From an uncultured candidate division Zixibacteria bacterium (lineage in GTDB: Bacteria; Zixibacteria; MSB-5A5; GN15; PGXB01): 64,000 nt of DNA. Location of the stretch: the NCBI GenBank assembly GCA_963702205.1, contig OY969724.1, forward strand, positions 3,520,001 through 3,584,000, given 5' to 3'. Made by a program: the position numbers and the translations under genes. Positions 1 through 10,216 of this stretch are shown one piece after another (position 1 is the first letter of the stretch; each line of letters opens with the position of its first letter). The notes beneath the pieces are model-generated. The model searched no databases. It had not been told where the DNA came from and saw only the letters and a list, made by a program, of their open reading frames with translations.

Positions 1-49
1 TATACGGTTCAATATAGCCTATTTTACCCTAAAAGACAAAGAATGTCCG

Positions 50-80
50 AAAAAAAAGCCCCGATTTTGTCGGGGCTTTT
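50..80 (-). terminator. Intrinsic terminator (likely bidirectional) downstream of the PorV-like gene
   Basis: A-run, stem GCCCCGA-ttttg-TCGGGGC, then T-run; lies just past the stop at 101. Confidence 0.8.
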
Positions 81-100
81 AAGCGGATTAATTGATTTCT

Positions 101-1114
101 TCAAAAGCTGACGCTGGCCGAGAATTTATGAACCGACTCCAATCGACCGAAATCGACCCAGGCATAGTCGAGCGTCAGACGGGTATTTTCGGTCAGGTTG
201 GTCTTAAGACCGCCGCCGAAACTGAAATTTTCCTCGTCGAAGTTGACCTTGTAACCTGAACGGAGGAAATATTTATCATTCCAACTGTATTCGGCACCGA
301 GCGATCCCTGTTGTTCGTGATCATTGGGATGCTTGGCTTCGACAGCCAGCAGCAGATTCGATTCCGGTCCGAAATCGACGTCATATGCCATACCGACCCG
401 GAACGTAAGAGGAAGGCTGTATCCTTCCACCTTCAAACGGCTGTCGAAATTATCATTATTGGGATTGGTGGCTTGGTCAGGGTCGTAGGCAACGTTAAGG
501 TCAGGACCGTCGAATTTCAATTCCGGCCCCATGTTGGAAATATTCATACCCAACCGAAGCGTCCGCCAGCCGGTATAAAGCAGCGTGCCGAAGTCGAAGG
601 CAATACCGGAGGATTTCTCGCGGTAAATTTCCTCTCCGACGTACTTCATACTGGCCCCGAAGGCAAACTGGTTGGTCATGTAGCGGGCAAAGCTGATCTG
701 AAAAGCATACGACGACGCGGAATAATATTGTCCCGTGCCGTTTTGCTGATCCTGAGCCACACCCGTAATTTCCTGGTCGCCCATCGACAGAATGGTCGCC
801 GAGACACCAAAGGTCCCGATGTCCTCGAAATTCTGGGCATAAGCGACGTAGTTAAGGCTTATATCGGCCACGTAACTTACATGAGCGAAAGCCACTTCTT
901 TGCTGGTAATCTGCGACAGCCCGGCCGGGTTCCAATACATGGCATAGATGTCTTCCACGGTCGGAGTGGCCGCTTCACCCATGGCGTTGTACCTGGAGCC
1001 GACGCCTATTTTAAGGAACTGCGCGCCGGACGTGCCAACCTTGGAAAAGTCACTGGCGACAGCCGTCCCGCAGAGAATGGCCATCAGCACTACAGCTAAT
1101 ATTATCTTAGTCAT
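101..1114 (-). CDS. PorV/PorQ-like (UPF0164, FadL-type) outer-membrane beta-barrel
   Basis: Signal peptide; GAQFLKIGVGSR..AMGEA and YWNPAGL motifs; C-terminal Phe. Confidence 0.85.
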   Translation of the reverse strand: MTKIILAVVLMAILCGTAVASDFSKVGTSGAQFLKIGVGSRYNAMGEAATPTVEDIYAMYWNPAGLSQITSKEVAFAHVSYVADISLNYVAYAQNFEDIGTFGVSATILSMGDQEITGVAQDQQNGTGQYYSASSYAFQISFARYMTNQFAFGASMKYVGEEIYREKSSGIAFDFGTLLYTGWRTLRLGMNISNMGPELKFDGPDLNVAYDPDQATNPNNDNFDSRLKVEGYSLPLTFRVGMAYDVDFGPESNLLLAVEAKHPNDHEQQGSLGAEYSWNDKYFLRSGYKVNFDEENFSFGGGLKTNLTENTRLTLDYAWVDFGRLESVHKFSASVSF

Positions 1115-1124
1115 GGCGTTTCTC

Positions 1125-3803
1125 CTACTTTATGACGGCAAACCGCCCGGTGCGGTCGCCATATTTCGATTCAATGTGATAAAGGTAAATACCGGATGCA
1201 ATCGACAATCCGGCATCCGACAACATGTTCCATTGATACGTGCCGCCCGTCCCGTAGTGATTGGCGGTCTTGACGAGATCCCCCGCCAGGGTGTAAATCC
1301 TGAGCGTGCATTCGTCGGGAAGATTGATGAAATTCAATTCTCTTTCGTACTCACCATATTCCTGACTTTGATGCGCGAGATACGGGTCGGGATATACCCT
1401 GATTTTATCCATTTCATTTCTGGCTGATGCGGGATTGACGCCGTCGACGCTGAATACGAACTCATCGTCGGCCCCGTTCAACGGTGCACCTTCAATGGTA
1501 TAAACGTCGCCGCTATTATAATCGGTATTGTACGGGTCAACAGCGAAAAACCAGACGTGGTTATATGGAAATGCCTCAGGATGTGGGTCGCCGTCGTACG
1601 GCGTATCGACAATCGAAATATAATCGCCCGCGTCTGGATTCCATTGACCGTCGTCATCCCAGTCATATATTTCCGCATTGACCTGCTGGTTGAAAGTCGT
1701 GTTCCAGACTTCGAATGGCAATGGTATTACGGACGTATGGTCAAACATGAGAAATCCATCTTGCCCGGTTTCCGTGAACCTCAGTTCATAAGTACTGCGG
1801 AAATGCTTGTTGCCGCCCAAAGGCAGTCCAAAGACATAATCGAGATCGCCGAGGAAATCGTACATGGCAATGGTCGTATCACCCGGTACTCCGAACTCCG
1901 TCTGGCCCATATCGCGCGGGACGCGGTCTCCGTCACGGACGACAATTCTGATACCATCGCCGACGGGGTACAATCCCGGTTCGGCCGTAGGGGATTGCAG
2001 GGTTTGCTCGACCAATACGGTATCGTGATTGGTCATATCTTCCAGGTTCCAGTAGGTCTGGTAATCATCTTCAGTAAAAAATACCCTGTATTCACTGCCC
2101 TGTACCAGGTTTTCCTGGAATCGGATCGGATAAACGGCACCTTCCGAAGGCTGATCGTTACCCGTATAATTGTGATCTATCGTCGAATAAGCATCGAAAA
2201 AGCCGGCGGGATCGCTTCGGGGAACCATTTTAACCGCATTCTGATCGAAACCGGGTGTACCGAAACCGTTCTGCAAGGCACCGATCGGCACCGTACTGTC
2301 ACCGCCGTCGAAAGCCACGAGGCAGTACCAGTATTCGGTTCCGTTGGTCACCGTGGAATCGATAAACGAATGGGATATCGGGTCCCCGGCTTCTTCGACA
2401 CCGTACGCCGCGACCGGGTAATAATCGAAGCCGAGGCAGTCATAAATCTGCGTCTCATCTCTATGACCCCAGGTATAGCCGCGATTGTCGGAACGATATA
2501 GTTTATAACCGCGAAAATCCTCTTCTCCCGAAAGGGGATCGACACTGGTTTCCGATGTATCGGTCCAGCTTATATAAACTTTCCCGTCCCCGGCCTGGGC
2601 TGTCAGATGCGGTGTCTCCGGTGGCTGAGGACCGACGAAGTAATTGTCGTACAGCGTTTGCGCAATATCAGCATTGGCGCGAAAATCCGTTTCGTCCTGA
2701 CCGGCGATTATCGCGAATACGACACGAACCGTCTTACCCGCCGTCAGATCAATACCGCGCGTGCACTGCAAATAGTACTGGTCGGTCGGCGGCAGTGACT
2801 CATCGTACTGCGACGAATTGATCAATTCGTATTTGGCGGGGTCGGCGGCCTGATAAACCTGTTCCCATTGACCGGTGCGGAAAGCCGTCATACCGATACC
2901 GTCAGGGGTTTCAAGGTATTTGGTACCCATGACGCCGGTTCTCACAGTCGGGCCCCAGCCCGGATCATAACCGTCTTCGTCGTACGTCCAGGCAAGGTTT
3001 TCCTCCTGGTCAAAAGCCACCAGGTCTCCGAGACGGCCGTTCTCGCCGGAACCGTCGGGACCGCCGATATCGAAATCGCAGTACAGTGCGAAAGCAAAAT
3101 CGGGATAATCGACGTCGGAGGCGTTGGTGATTTCCAAAACGCAAAATATAATATCTTCATTATAGCAATAATTCCATTGATACATCGTCTGCGAGACTTC
3201 GATTCCCAGTGCATCGGGATTCAGACCGTCATCGAAACGATAATACGACTGCTGCAGGGAGGTCGGCCCGCTCGGTACAAAGCTGTCTACTTGCACGGAA
3301 TAATTTTGATTGTAGGTCCATTCCAGCTGGTCGGGATCCCACACTTGCCAGCCGTGGGCGGGATTACCGAAGCCAAGTCCGACCGTATCCAGCGGATCGT
3401 ACTCGAACGAGGTCGTGTCAGTGGAAAGCCTGATTCCGTACGTTTCATCGCCCGAAACCAGCGACGGTATCGGCTCGAAATCTTCATCGGTATCGGCGAC
3501 GACGGTGTCGGTCGCTGATTTCACGGCGCCCATCCAGAACTTGATTTCGCCGATATATTCGTGACCGGAATTGCGCGGCCATTCGCCCGAAGGCCGTCCG
3601 GGTATGCCCCAATAACCGCCGATCAATCCGTAATTGTCGACCGTGGTGGCGATGTTTCCCTTATTTTGGACAATCTGATCCCATACTTCCAGCGGCGGCG
3701 TCTGCGATTCCATGGACTTGGCCAGGGCGTTTGACACCGAGATTGCCAGCAATAGGAAAAATATCCGCCCGATCAAGCGCATATTCTTCGTTTTGTTCTT
3801 CAT
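1125..3803 (-). CDS. Secreted protein with Fn3-like region and C-terminal T9SS/FlgD-Ig-like sorting domain
   Basis: Start re-called to MKNKTKNMRL (signal peptide follows); DFRGYKLYRS motif; C-terminus IRVYPDPY..F.NLP..CTLRIYTLAGDLV..IASGIYLYHIE..GRFAVIK. Confidence 0.75.
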   Translation of the reverse strand: MKNKTKNMRLIGRIFFLLLAISVSNALAKSMESQTPPLEVWDQIVQNKGNIATTVDNYGLIGGYWGIPGRPSGEWPRNSGHEYIGEIKFWMGAVKSATDTVVADTDEDFEPIPSLVSGDETYGIRLSTDTTSFEYDPLDTVGLGFGNPAHGWQVWDPDQLEWTYNQNYSVQVDSFVPSGPTSLQQSYYRFDDGLNPDALGIEVSQTMYQWNYCYNEDIIFCVLEITNASDVDYPDFAFALYCDFDIGGPDGSGENGRLGDLVAFDQEENLAWTYDEDGYDPGWGPTVRTGVMGTKYLETPDGIGMTAFRTGQWEQVYQAADPAKYELINSSQYDESLPPTDQYYLQCTRGIDLTAGKTVRVVFAIIAGQDETDFRANADIAQTLYDNYFVGPQPPETPHLTAQAGDGKVYISWTDTSETSVDPLSGEEDFRGYKLYRSDNRGYTWGHRDETQIYDCLGFDYYPVAAYGVEEAGDPISHSFIDSTVTNGTEYWYCLVAFDGGDSTVPIGALQNGFGTPGFDQNAVKMVPRSDPAGFFDAYSTIDHNYTGNDQPSEGAVYPIRFQENLVQGSEYRVFFTEDDYQTYWNLEDMTNHDTVLVEQTLQSPTAEPGLYPVGDGIRIVVRDGDRVPRDMGQTEFGVPGDTTIAMYDFLGDLDYVFGLPLGGNKHFRSTYELRFTETGQDGFLMFDHTSVIPLPFEVWNTTFNQQVNAEIYDWDDDGQWNPDAGDYISIVDTPYDGDPHPEAFPYNHVWFFAVDPYNTDYNSGDVYTIEGAPLNGADDEFVFSVDGVNPASARNEMDKIRVYPDPYLAHQSQEYGEYERELNFINLPDECTLRIYTLAGDLVKTANHYGTGGTYQWNMLSDAGLSIASGIYLYHIESKYGDRTGRFAVIK

Positions 3804-3813
3804 AATCAACCTC

Positions 3814-6495
3814 TTAAAAATTGTATTCAAGCCCCAGCCGAATCGTGCGCGGCCTGGAGTAATGGGTCGGATCTTTGGCAAACAGGGCGTACAGCTCTCT
3901 CTTTGCCTGCGTTTCTTCGGCGGTCGTGCCAATTACATCATTAAGATTGCGGTCGACGTCGGCCCGGCCCGTGTTGCCGTAAACATCGATTACGTTGCGG
4001 CGATCGAACAGGTTGTCGACCTCGACAAAGAAGGAGAAATAGCTTTCGGTTCTCGGCATGAAGAGATTTTTATAAAAGCGCATGTCAACTGAATAGTTGG
4101 AAGGCAGGCGGCCCTCATTCACACCGACCTGACGACCGGATTCGTCAAGAACGTTATAAGGCATCCCCGAACCGTAGCGGCCGAGAAGATTAAGGCCCCA
4201 GGCGCCGGGAACGGTCATACCCAACACACGGCCTTTCCACCCTCTGGGCACGCGATACGACAGATTCAACGTAGCCGTGTGGCGCTGGTCGAAATCGAGC
4301 GGATATTCCTGCACCGGCAAAACCGTGCTGGTATCGACAATAAACGAATAATATGCTTCGGTCGAATTGGAAGCATTACCTCGGGCTACCATATAACTGT
4401 AAATGAATGATCCCGAAAAGTTGCCTTTGCCTATTTTTTCAAATGTGATGTCGAGTCCCTGAACCGAACCATAATCGTCATTGCTGTATTCCGCTATCGG
4501 GTAACCACTGTTCGACGGGACCAGAGAACCATCGGCCTTGTAAACCGGTCGGGCCGAAATCAGGTTTTCGATATCCTTAAAATAGGCCGTAACATCCAGG
4601 CGGTAGTCATCGTTAACCATCTGGTTCAGACCGAGTTCATAACTTATAGTACGTTCATCCTGAAGATCGGGATATCCGAATATGGGTATCCCCTGATTCT
4701 GGTCGGCCTGGATATTGGTGTACATATACTGGTATGTAGGCGCCTGATAATAATATCCATAGTTGAATCGAATCATCGAGTTTTCCGAAATCGGGTGCGA
4801 AACACCCAGCCTCGGTGAGACATAGGATTTGGATTTGGATTTAACCCGGTAATCTTTATCTATGACATTATTCCAGTAATTGACTTCACTGTTGAAATAA
4901 TCCCAGCGCATTCCTACGTTTATCACAAAGTCGCGGGTCTCCATTTTGTCCTGTAAGTAGGCCATGGCGACGACCGGTGACTGCGCGTATTTTTCACCGT
5001 ACGGCTGATCGTTGTAAAATTGCTTGGCATCCCAATCGATGCGATAATCCCGCAGTTCTCCGCCTAATCTGAGCTGATTGTCCCGGTTGACCTGGGACGT
5101 AACCGTGCTGGAAAAGGCGTTATACCTGGCGACTCGGTGAACGTAGGTGGGATTAAAATCGTTACCCGTCGTATAACCAATCCAGTAATAATCCGACGAA
5201 GCCAGGTAATTATCGTCGTCGATTTGACCATCATAGACACCGGAGTCATTCACGCTATAGCCGGGCCATTGATCCCAATAGGTATCGAAAAGCTGCTCCG
5301 GTGCAGTCTTTGTTTCGGTATAAAAACGGTTAAAGGCGAACGACAGGATGGTTTTTGCATCGAGGCTATAATTACCCTTCAGGCCCCACAGGTCGGCGTT
5401 CTTTTTGGTCAAACCGAGACCGTCGAGGTTGAAATCATAAGATATGCCGTTAACGTCGCGATGGAAATAATTCTGGTATTTATTCCGGTATATACTCCCG
5501 ATACCGGTCAACTTCATGTTCGGAGTCGGCTGCCAGTTCAATTTGGCCGTATGCGTCCAGCTCTCACCTTTATTATGTGGCAAATAGCCGTCATCCCGCA
5601 GCCATTCACTGGCGACGAAAAAGGTCGCCTTATTCGATGTCAACAAAGGAAGCGGCCCTGATAAATTGTAGCTGACGGTATTGTTGTTCGTCCGGGCCAG
5701 GCTCTTGAATGAACCCGTATTTACGTCCCAGGGACGAGTGTAACCGTCATACATCTTAATTTTGCCGTGATAATCTCGGGATCCTTCCTTGGTTACGGCG
5801 TTGACGACACCGGACATCGCCTCGCCGTACTCAGCGGTGAAACCACCGGATGTAAGGTTAAGTTCTTCGAGGGCGTCGGGCATAATTCTTATTCCCGCGA
5901 TATCATAGAATGGGTCCTGTACCGAAAAACCTTCGTACGTATACGAGACCTGCCCGTCGCGGCCACCGCGAACGTGGAAACCGTTATCCCGGTCAACTAC
6001 CGTCCCCGACATATTAGCCAGGATGGCCTGAACCGTGACGGAATTGGGAATTTCGGCCATGCGATCACTGGTCACGATGGAGCGAGACGCCGTGAGGTCG
6101 CGTTGGATGGGATCGCGCTCGGCGTAAACCTTGATCTGACGTTTGAGCGGCATATCGACTTGCTGGATTTCAAAATCGACCGGAGTCGTCAGGTCGAGAA
6201 GAACGCGTACGTCCTGTTTTTCCAGCTCGCCGAAACCCATCATGGTGACCGACAGGTTGTACACCCCGGCGGGTAAATTCAAGAAGTAGTACTCGCCGTC
6301 GGCGTCGGTTTGCGTGACGAAGTCGGTTCCTTCGACACGGATAGTGGCTCCCGGTATCGGTTCACCGGATTTGCCGTTTTCCACAATACCGGCAATCTTG
6401 CCGGTAGTACCTGCCCGTACCATCGGAGGCAAAACAATCGTGCACATCAACAGGAAAACGGGAAGTACAACTACAGTTTTTTTTAGGGTAGTCAA
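3814..6495 (-). CDS. TonB-dependent receptor with N-terminal carboxypeptidase-regulatory-like domain
   Basis: GTTGKIAG..G.PIPGA; plug motifs HVRGGR and GGFTAEYGEAMSGVVN; barrel ending PRTIRLGLEYNF. Confidence 0.9.
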   Translation of the reverse strand: MTTLKKTVVVLPVFLLMCTIVLPPMVRAGTTGKIAGIVENGKSGEPIPGATIRVEGTDFVTQTDADGEYYFLNLPAGVYNLSVTMMGFGELEKQDVRVLLDLTTPVDFEIQQVDMPLKRQIKVYAERDPIQRDLTASRSIVTSDRMAEIPNSVTVQAILANMSGTVVDRDNGFHVRGGRDGQVSYTYEGFSVQDPFYDIAGIRIMPDALEELNLTSGGFTAEYGEAMSGVVNAVTKEGSRDYHGKIKMYDGYTRPWDVNTGSFKSLARTNNNTVSYNLSGPLPLLTSNKATFFVASEWLRDDGYLPHNKGESWTHTAKLNWQPTPNMKLTGIGSIYRNKYQNYFHRDVNGISYDFNLDGLGLTKKNADLWGLKGNYSLDAKTILSFAFNRFYTETKTAPEQLFDTYWDQWPGYSVNDSGVYDGQIDDDNYLASSDYYWIGYTTGNDFNPTYVHRVARYNAFSSTVTSQVNRDNQLRLGGELRDYRIDWDAKQFYNDQPYGEKYAQSPVVAMAYLQDKMETRDFVINVGMRWDYFNSEVNYWNNVIDKDYRVKSKSKSYVSPRLGVSHPISENSMIRFNYGYYYQAPTYQYMYTNIQADQNQGIPIFGYPDLQDERTISYELGLNQMVNDDYRLDVTAYFKDIENLISARPVYKADGSLVPSNSGYPIAEYSNDDYGSVQGLDITFEKIGKGNFSGSFIYSYMVARGNASNSTEAYYSFIVDTSTVLPVQEYPLDFDQRHTATLNLSYRVPRGWKGRVLGMTVPGAWGLNLLGRYGSGMPYNVLDESGRQVGVNEGRLPSNYSVDMRFYKNLFMPRTESYFSFFVEVDNLFDRRNVIDVYGNTGRADVDRNLNDVIGTTAEETQAKRELYALFAKDPTHYSRPRTIRLGLEYNF

Positions 6496-6813
6496 ATCAT
6501 ACCTCCGTACAATTGTTAATTATTTTTATGCTCATTTATAATTCGCAAAATGCGATCCAATACAATTCATGTGACATATTTCGCCACTTTCATTTTATCG
6601 ACGTCTCTTCGATTAACTTTATAGGTCTTGCCCGATGCGAACCGGCAATTTTCATCGTAATTTTGACAAAGTTGTCAATTATTGAGCGGCAGGGCCGTCA
6701 AGTTTCGTCGCAATCGCCCGATAAAGATAGGGTGACTCAATAAATACAAGGATTTGGACGAGACAGTGATAAAAGCGTGCCGCGGCATGCTCTTTTATAA
6801 AGCTACTTGGTTT

Positions 6814-7755
6814 ATGATTAACCGATCACTTCTTATAGCATTGGCCGTGGTTCTCCTGGCAGGGAGCGTAAGCGCCCAGGGCGCCAAGCTGGTCATTGTC
6901 TTTTCGGATAGTCTGAAATCAACCCAAAGAACCATCAGGGGCATTACTTCAACCATCGAGCAGGGCTGCCAGAATTGCGAATTCCACGAATTTCTACTCG
7001 AACGCGACACCGATCTTATCTCGGGTCAGATAAGCAGGATTAAGGCCCTCAATCCGGCGCTTATCGTCACGGTCGGTTCGATGGCGACTCAGATCATGTC
7101 CGACAAAATAACCGACCGGCCGATAATCTTCTCAGCCGTCCTCAATCCGGAAACATCGGGATTTGTCAAGTCACTGGCCAGGCCGGGAAAAAATATCACC
7201 GGGGCGTCGCTGGATATTCCATTCGACATCCAGTTCACCTATTTCAAACAGGTTATCGGAGGTTTGAAAAAAATCGGTGTATTGTATACGACGGAAACGG
7301 CTAATTTGATCCCCCCGGCCAAAGCCCTGGCCCATACCGAAGGACTGGAGCTCGAAGCCATAGAAGTAAATTCAGAAAAAGACATCCCCTCGGCCCTGGA
7401 AAAATTGATCGGCGACGTCGACGGCATCTGGTCGGTGGCCGACGCGCACATTTTTACGCAACGTTCGACAAAGTTCATTCTCTTAAATACATTGCGGAAC
7501 GGTGTCCCGTTCATGGGATTTTCCCGCAATCTGGTCGAATCGGGAGCCCTCTTCGCGCTTGATTTCGATTACAAGGACATCGGCCGTCAATCCGGCGAAA
7601 TCGCTTTGCGCGTTCTGGGCGGCCAGCCGGCTTCCAATATTCCCGTCGCCGTTCCCCGCATCCGCTGGTTCCATTACAACGAAAAGACCGCCAAACATAT
7701 AAATGTCAAGATTCCGGATGAACTGGTGGCCGTAGCCAAGGAGGTTTATCGATGA
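6814..7755 (+). CDS. ABC-type periplasmic substrate-binding protein (ABC_sub_bind family)
   Basis: Signal peptide from the ATG at 6814; SLARPGKNITG, LKKIGVLY, IGRQSGEIA..VLGG motifs. Confidence 0.8.
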   Translation: MINRSLLIALAVVLLAGSVSAQGAKLVIVFSDSLKSTQRTIRGITSTIEQGCQNCEFHEFLLERDTDLISGQISRIKALNPALIVTVGSMATQIMSDKITDRPIIFSAVLNPETSGFVKSLARPGKNITGASLDIPFDIQFTYFKQVIGGLKKIGVLYTTETANLIPPAKALAHTEGLELEAIEVNSEKDIPSALEKLIGDVDGIWSVADAHIFTQRSTKFILLNTLRNGVPFMGFSRNLVESGALFALDFDYKDIGRQSGEIALRVLGGQPASNIPVAVPRIRWFHYNEKTAKHINVKIPDELVAVAKEVYR

Positions 7756-9398
7756 GCTTCTTTGGTTCCATCAGCCGCTTTGCCCTGCGCGGGAAATTCG
7801 TCCTGCTGGTTTCGGTCGTGACAATCGCCAGCATGCTGATTATTTCCGGCTACCTGATTAAGCGTCAGGGTGTCATTTATCATGACGAGCTTGTCAAACG
7901 CGGAGAAAATTTGGTTTCCAACCTGGCGTATAACGCCGAGTACGGGGTAATTCTGGAGTCGTCCTCCGAACTGGAAAACCTCATTCGCGGCGCGGCCCGT
8001 GCCGATGATATCGTCTATATTGCCATTTCCTCGTCCGACGGCCGCATTTTGGCTAAAACCGGAGCGAATTACGGCGATAACGGCCGAACCATCGATAAAG
8101 ATATTTACAGCCCTTCGAATGACCAGAAGTTCCGGTACCGTCAATTCATTTCCTCCAATAATATCGAATATGTCGAATTAATATATCCGGTTGAAACGCA
8201 AAGGATGTCGGTTTCCAAGGAAAACCTGGGATCATTGTACTCCGATGCCGAAGACACCGCCGTCATGGAAAAAATCGGCGAGGTCAAGGTTTGTGTGACA
8301 CTGGAAAATCTCAACAAGGAAATCGACAAGTCCGAAACGACGTCGACTCTGCTGGCCATACTGGTCATAATTTCCGCCATTATAATTATGTCGGCTTTCG
8401 CCAGGGTTATCACCCGCCCGATAGAAACGCTGGCCACCGTCACGGATCAGATATCCAAAGGCGATCTGACAAAAACGGTCGACATCAACCGGTCCGATGA
8501 AATCGGGCATTTGGCCCGGTCTTTCAACCGGATGATCGACTCGCTGAAACGATATCAGGACGAAGTCGAAGAGTACAACCGTACGCTCGAAGAGAAGATA
8601 ATCGAACGGACGCGCGAACTCGATGAAGCTCAATCGCAATTGATTCAGTCCGAAAAAATGGCCGCCCTCGGTCAACTGGCAGCGGGCGTGGCCCACGAAT
8701 TGAACAATCCGCTCGGCGGTATTCTCGGTTATGCCCAGTTCACTCTCGAAAAAATGGAAAAGAAACCGCTGGAACAGATGACCGATAAAGACGTCGATTC
8801 CTACCGTCGGTACTTGAAAGACATCGAAACCCAGGCGCGTCGGTGTAAGACCATTGTTCAGAATCTGCTCAAATTCTCGCGGTCGTCACATTCCGCGGAA
8901 TTCGAGATGCTTAATATTAACGACATCATCAACGAAACCATGACTTTTATAGAACATCAGCTCATGATGCAGCAGATTCGCCTTACCCGTAATTTCGGCG
9001 ATAATCTCCCCGACATTCCGGGCAACGCCGGTCAGCTTCAGCAGGTTTTCACCAACATCATCATTAATGCCATGCACGCTTCAAAATCGAATACGGAAAT
9101 CTGCATCAACACCCGTTATCTCCCGCCGCTCGGAGAATTTACCGGAGCCGTGGAAGTCACCATTTCCGATCAGGGTTGCGGAATAAGTGAGGAAAACATC
9201 AAGAGGATATTCGAGCCGTTCTTTACGACCAAGGAAGTCGGAAAGGGTACGGGGCTGGGCCTGTCGGTCAGCTATGGCATCGTAAAAGAACACGGCGGGG
9301 AAATAAAAATCGACTCGACCGTCGGCCAAGGCACGAACTTCACGATAATATTTCAACTGGAGAAATCGACCCAATCGGCCGATAAAGCCAATAAATAA
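7752..9398 (+). CDS. Membrane HAMP sensor histidine kinase (NtrB-like)
   Basis: Two TM segments, HAMP domain, H-box AAGVAHELNNPL, N/G1/F/G2 boxes (FEPFFTTK, GTGLGL). Confidence 0.92.
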   Translation: MSFFGSISRFALRGKFVLLVSVVTIASMLIISGYLIKRQGVIYHDELVKRGENLVSNLAYNAEYGVILESSSELENLIRGAARADDIVYIAISSSDGRILAKTGANYGDNGRTIDKDIYSPSNDQKFRYRQFISSNNIEYVELIYPVETQRMSVSKENLGSLYSDAEDTAVMEKIGEVKVCVTLENLNKEIDKSETTSTLLAILVIISAIIIMSAFARVITRPIETLATVTDQISKGDLTKTVDINRSDEIGHLARSFNRMIDSLKRYQDEVEEYNRTLEEKIIERTRELDEAQSQLIQSEKMAALGQLAAGVAHELNNPLGGILGYAQFTLEKMEKKPLEQMTDKDVDSYRRYLKDIETQARRCKTIVQNLLKFSRSSHSAEFEMLNINDIINETMTFIEHQLMMQQIRLTRNFGDNLPDIPGNAGQLQQVFTNIIINAMHASKSNTEICINTRYLPPLGEFTGAVEVTISDQGCGISEENIKRIFEPFFTTKEVGKGTGLGLSVSYGIVKEHGGEIKIDSTVGQGTNFTIIFQLEKSTQSADKANK

Positions 9399-9423
9399 AA
9401 AAGTTTGGAATTGCACCTGAATT

Positions 9424-9828
9424 ATGGCAATCGCAACAAAAAGTATCCTGGTAGTCGACGACGAAGAGGTCATGCGGGAATTCCTCTTTGAAGTCCTTGA
9501 GGACTTCGAAGTGGAAAAAGCATCCGACGGCGATGAAGCCATCACGCGTTTGAAAGACAAGCGCTTTGACCTCGTTATTACCGACATGAAAATGCCTCGC
9601 GTGCCCGGCGAGGAAGTTGTCCGATACGTAAAAGAGAATTACCCCGAATCGGGAATTATCGTAATATCCGGATATTCGTCTCTGATGTCGGTGACCAGTG
9701 CCGTCGGGCACGGCATTGACGCCTATCTTTCCAAGCCGTTCACTATCAAACAACTCAGGACCGAAGTGGAAAAAGCCATGTACAGCCGTCAGCAGCCCGA
9801 GGATAGTGACGAAGGGGCCCGGCTATGA
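9424..9828 (+). CDS. Single-domain response regulator
   Basis: ILVVDDE, LVITDMKMP, KPF receiver motifs. Confidence 0.9.
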   Translation: MAIATKSILVVDDEEVMREFLFEVLEDFEVEKASDGDEAITRLKDKRFDLVITDMKMPRVPGEEVVRYVKENYPESGIIVISGYSSLMSVTSAVGHGIDAYLSKPFTIKQLRTEVEKAMYSRQQPEDSDEGARL

Positions 9829-10202
9829 AACACCGTGTACTGGTAATTGACGACGCCCCGGTGATTCGAGAACTTTTAAAAGACGTCCTGACCGACCTGG
9901 GGTTTCACGTTGACCTGGCCGGGAACGGTCTGATCGGCACTCAGCAGGTCGAAAAAAATGACTACGATCTTATTTTCTGTGACGTTCATATGCCCGTCCT
10001 GAACGGTCAGCAGACGGTACTGCGCATCAAAGAAACCAAACCCCATATACCGATAATAATGACCGACTCTTTTCCCGACCTCGACGCTCAGGAAGCACAG
10101 GACGCGGGCGCCATTTGCTGCCTGAACAAGCCCTTCGATCTTGATGAACTCAGACAAATGCTGAAACATTTTCTGAATGTTAATGAAATAAAAGTTTTTT
10201 AG
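9825..10202 (+). CDS. Single-domain response regulator
   Basis: VLVIDD, IFCDVHMP, KPF receiver motifs. Confidence 0.9.
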   Translation: MKHRVLVIDDAPVIRELLKDVLTDLGFHVDLAGNGLIGTQQVEKNDYDLIFCDVHMPVLNGQQTVLRIKETKPHIPIIMTDSFPDLDAQEAQDAGAICCLNKPFDLDELRQMLKHFLNVNEIKVF

Positions 10203-10216
10203 GCGAGTCATCGTAG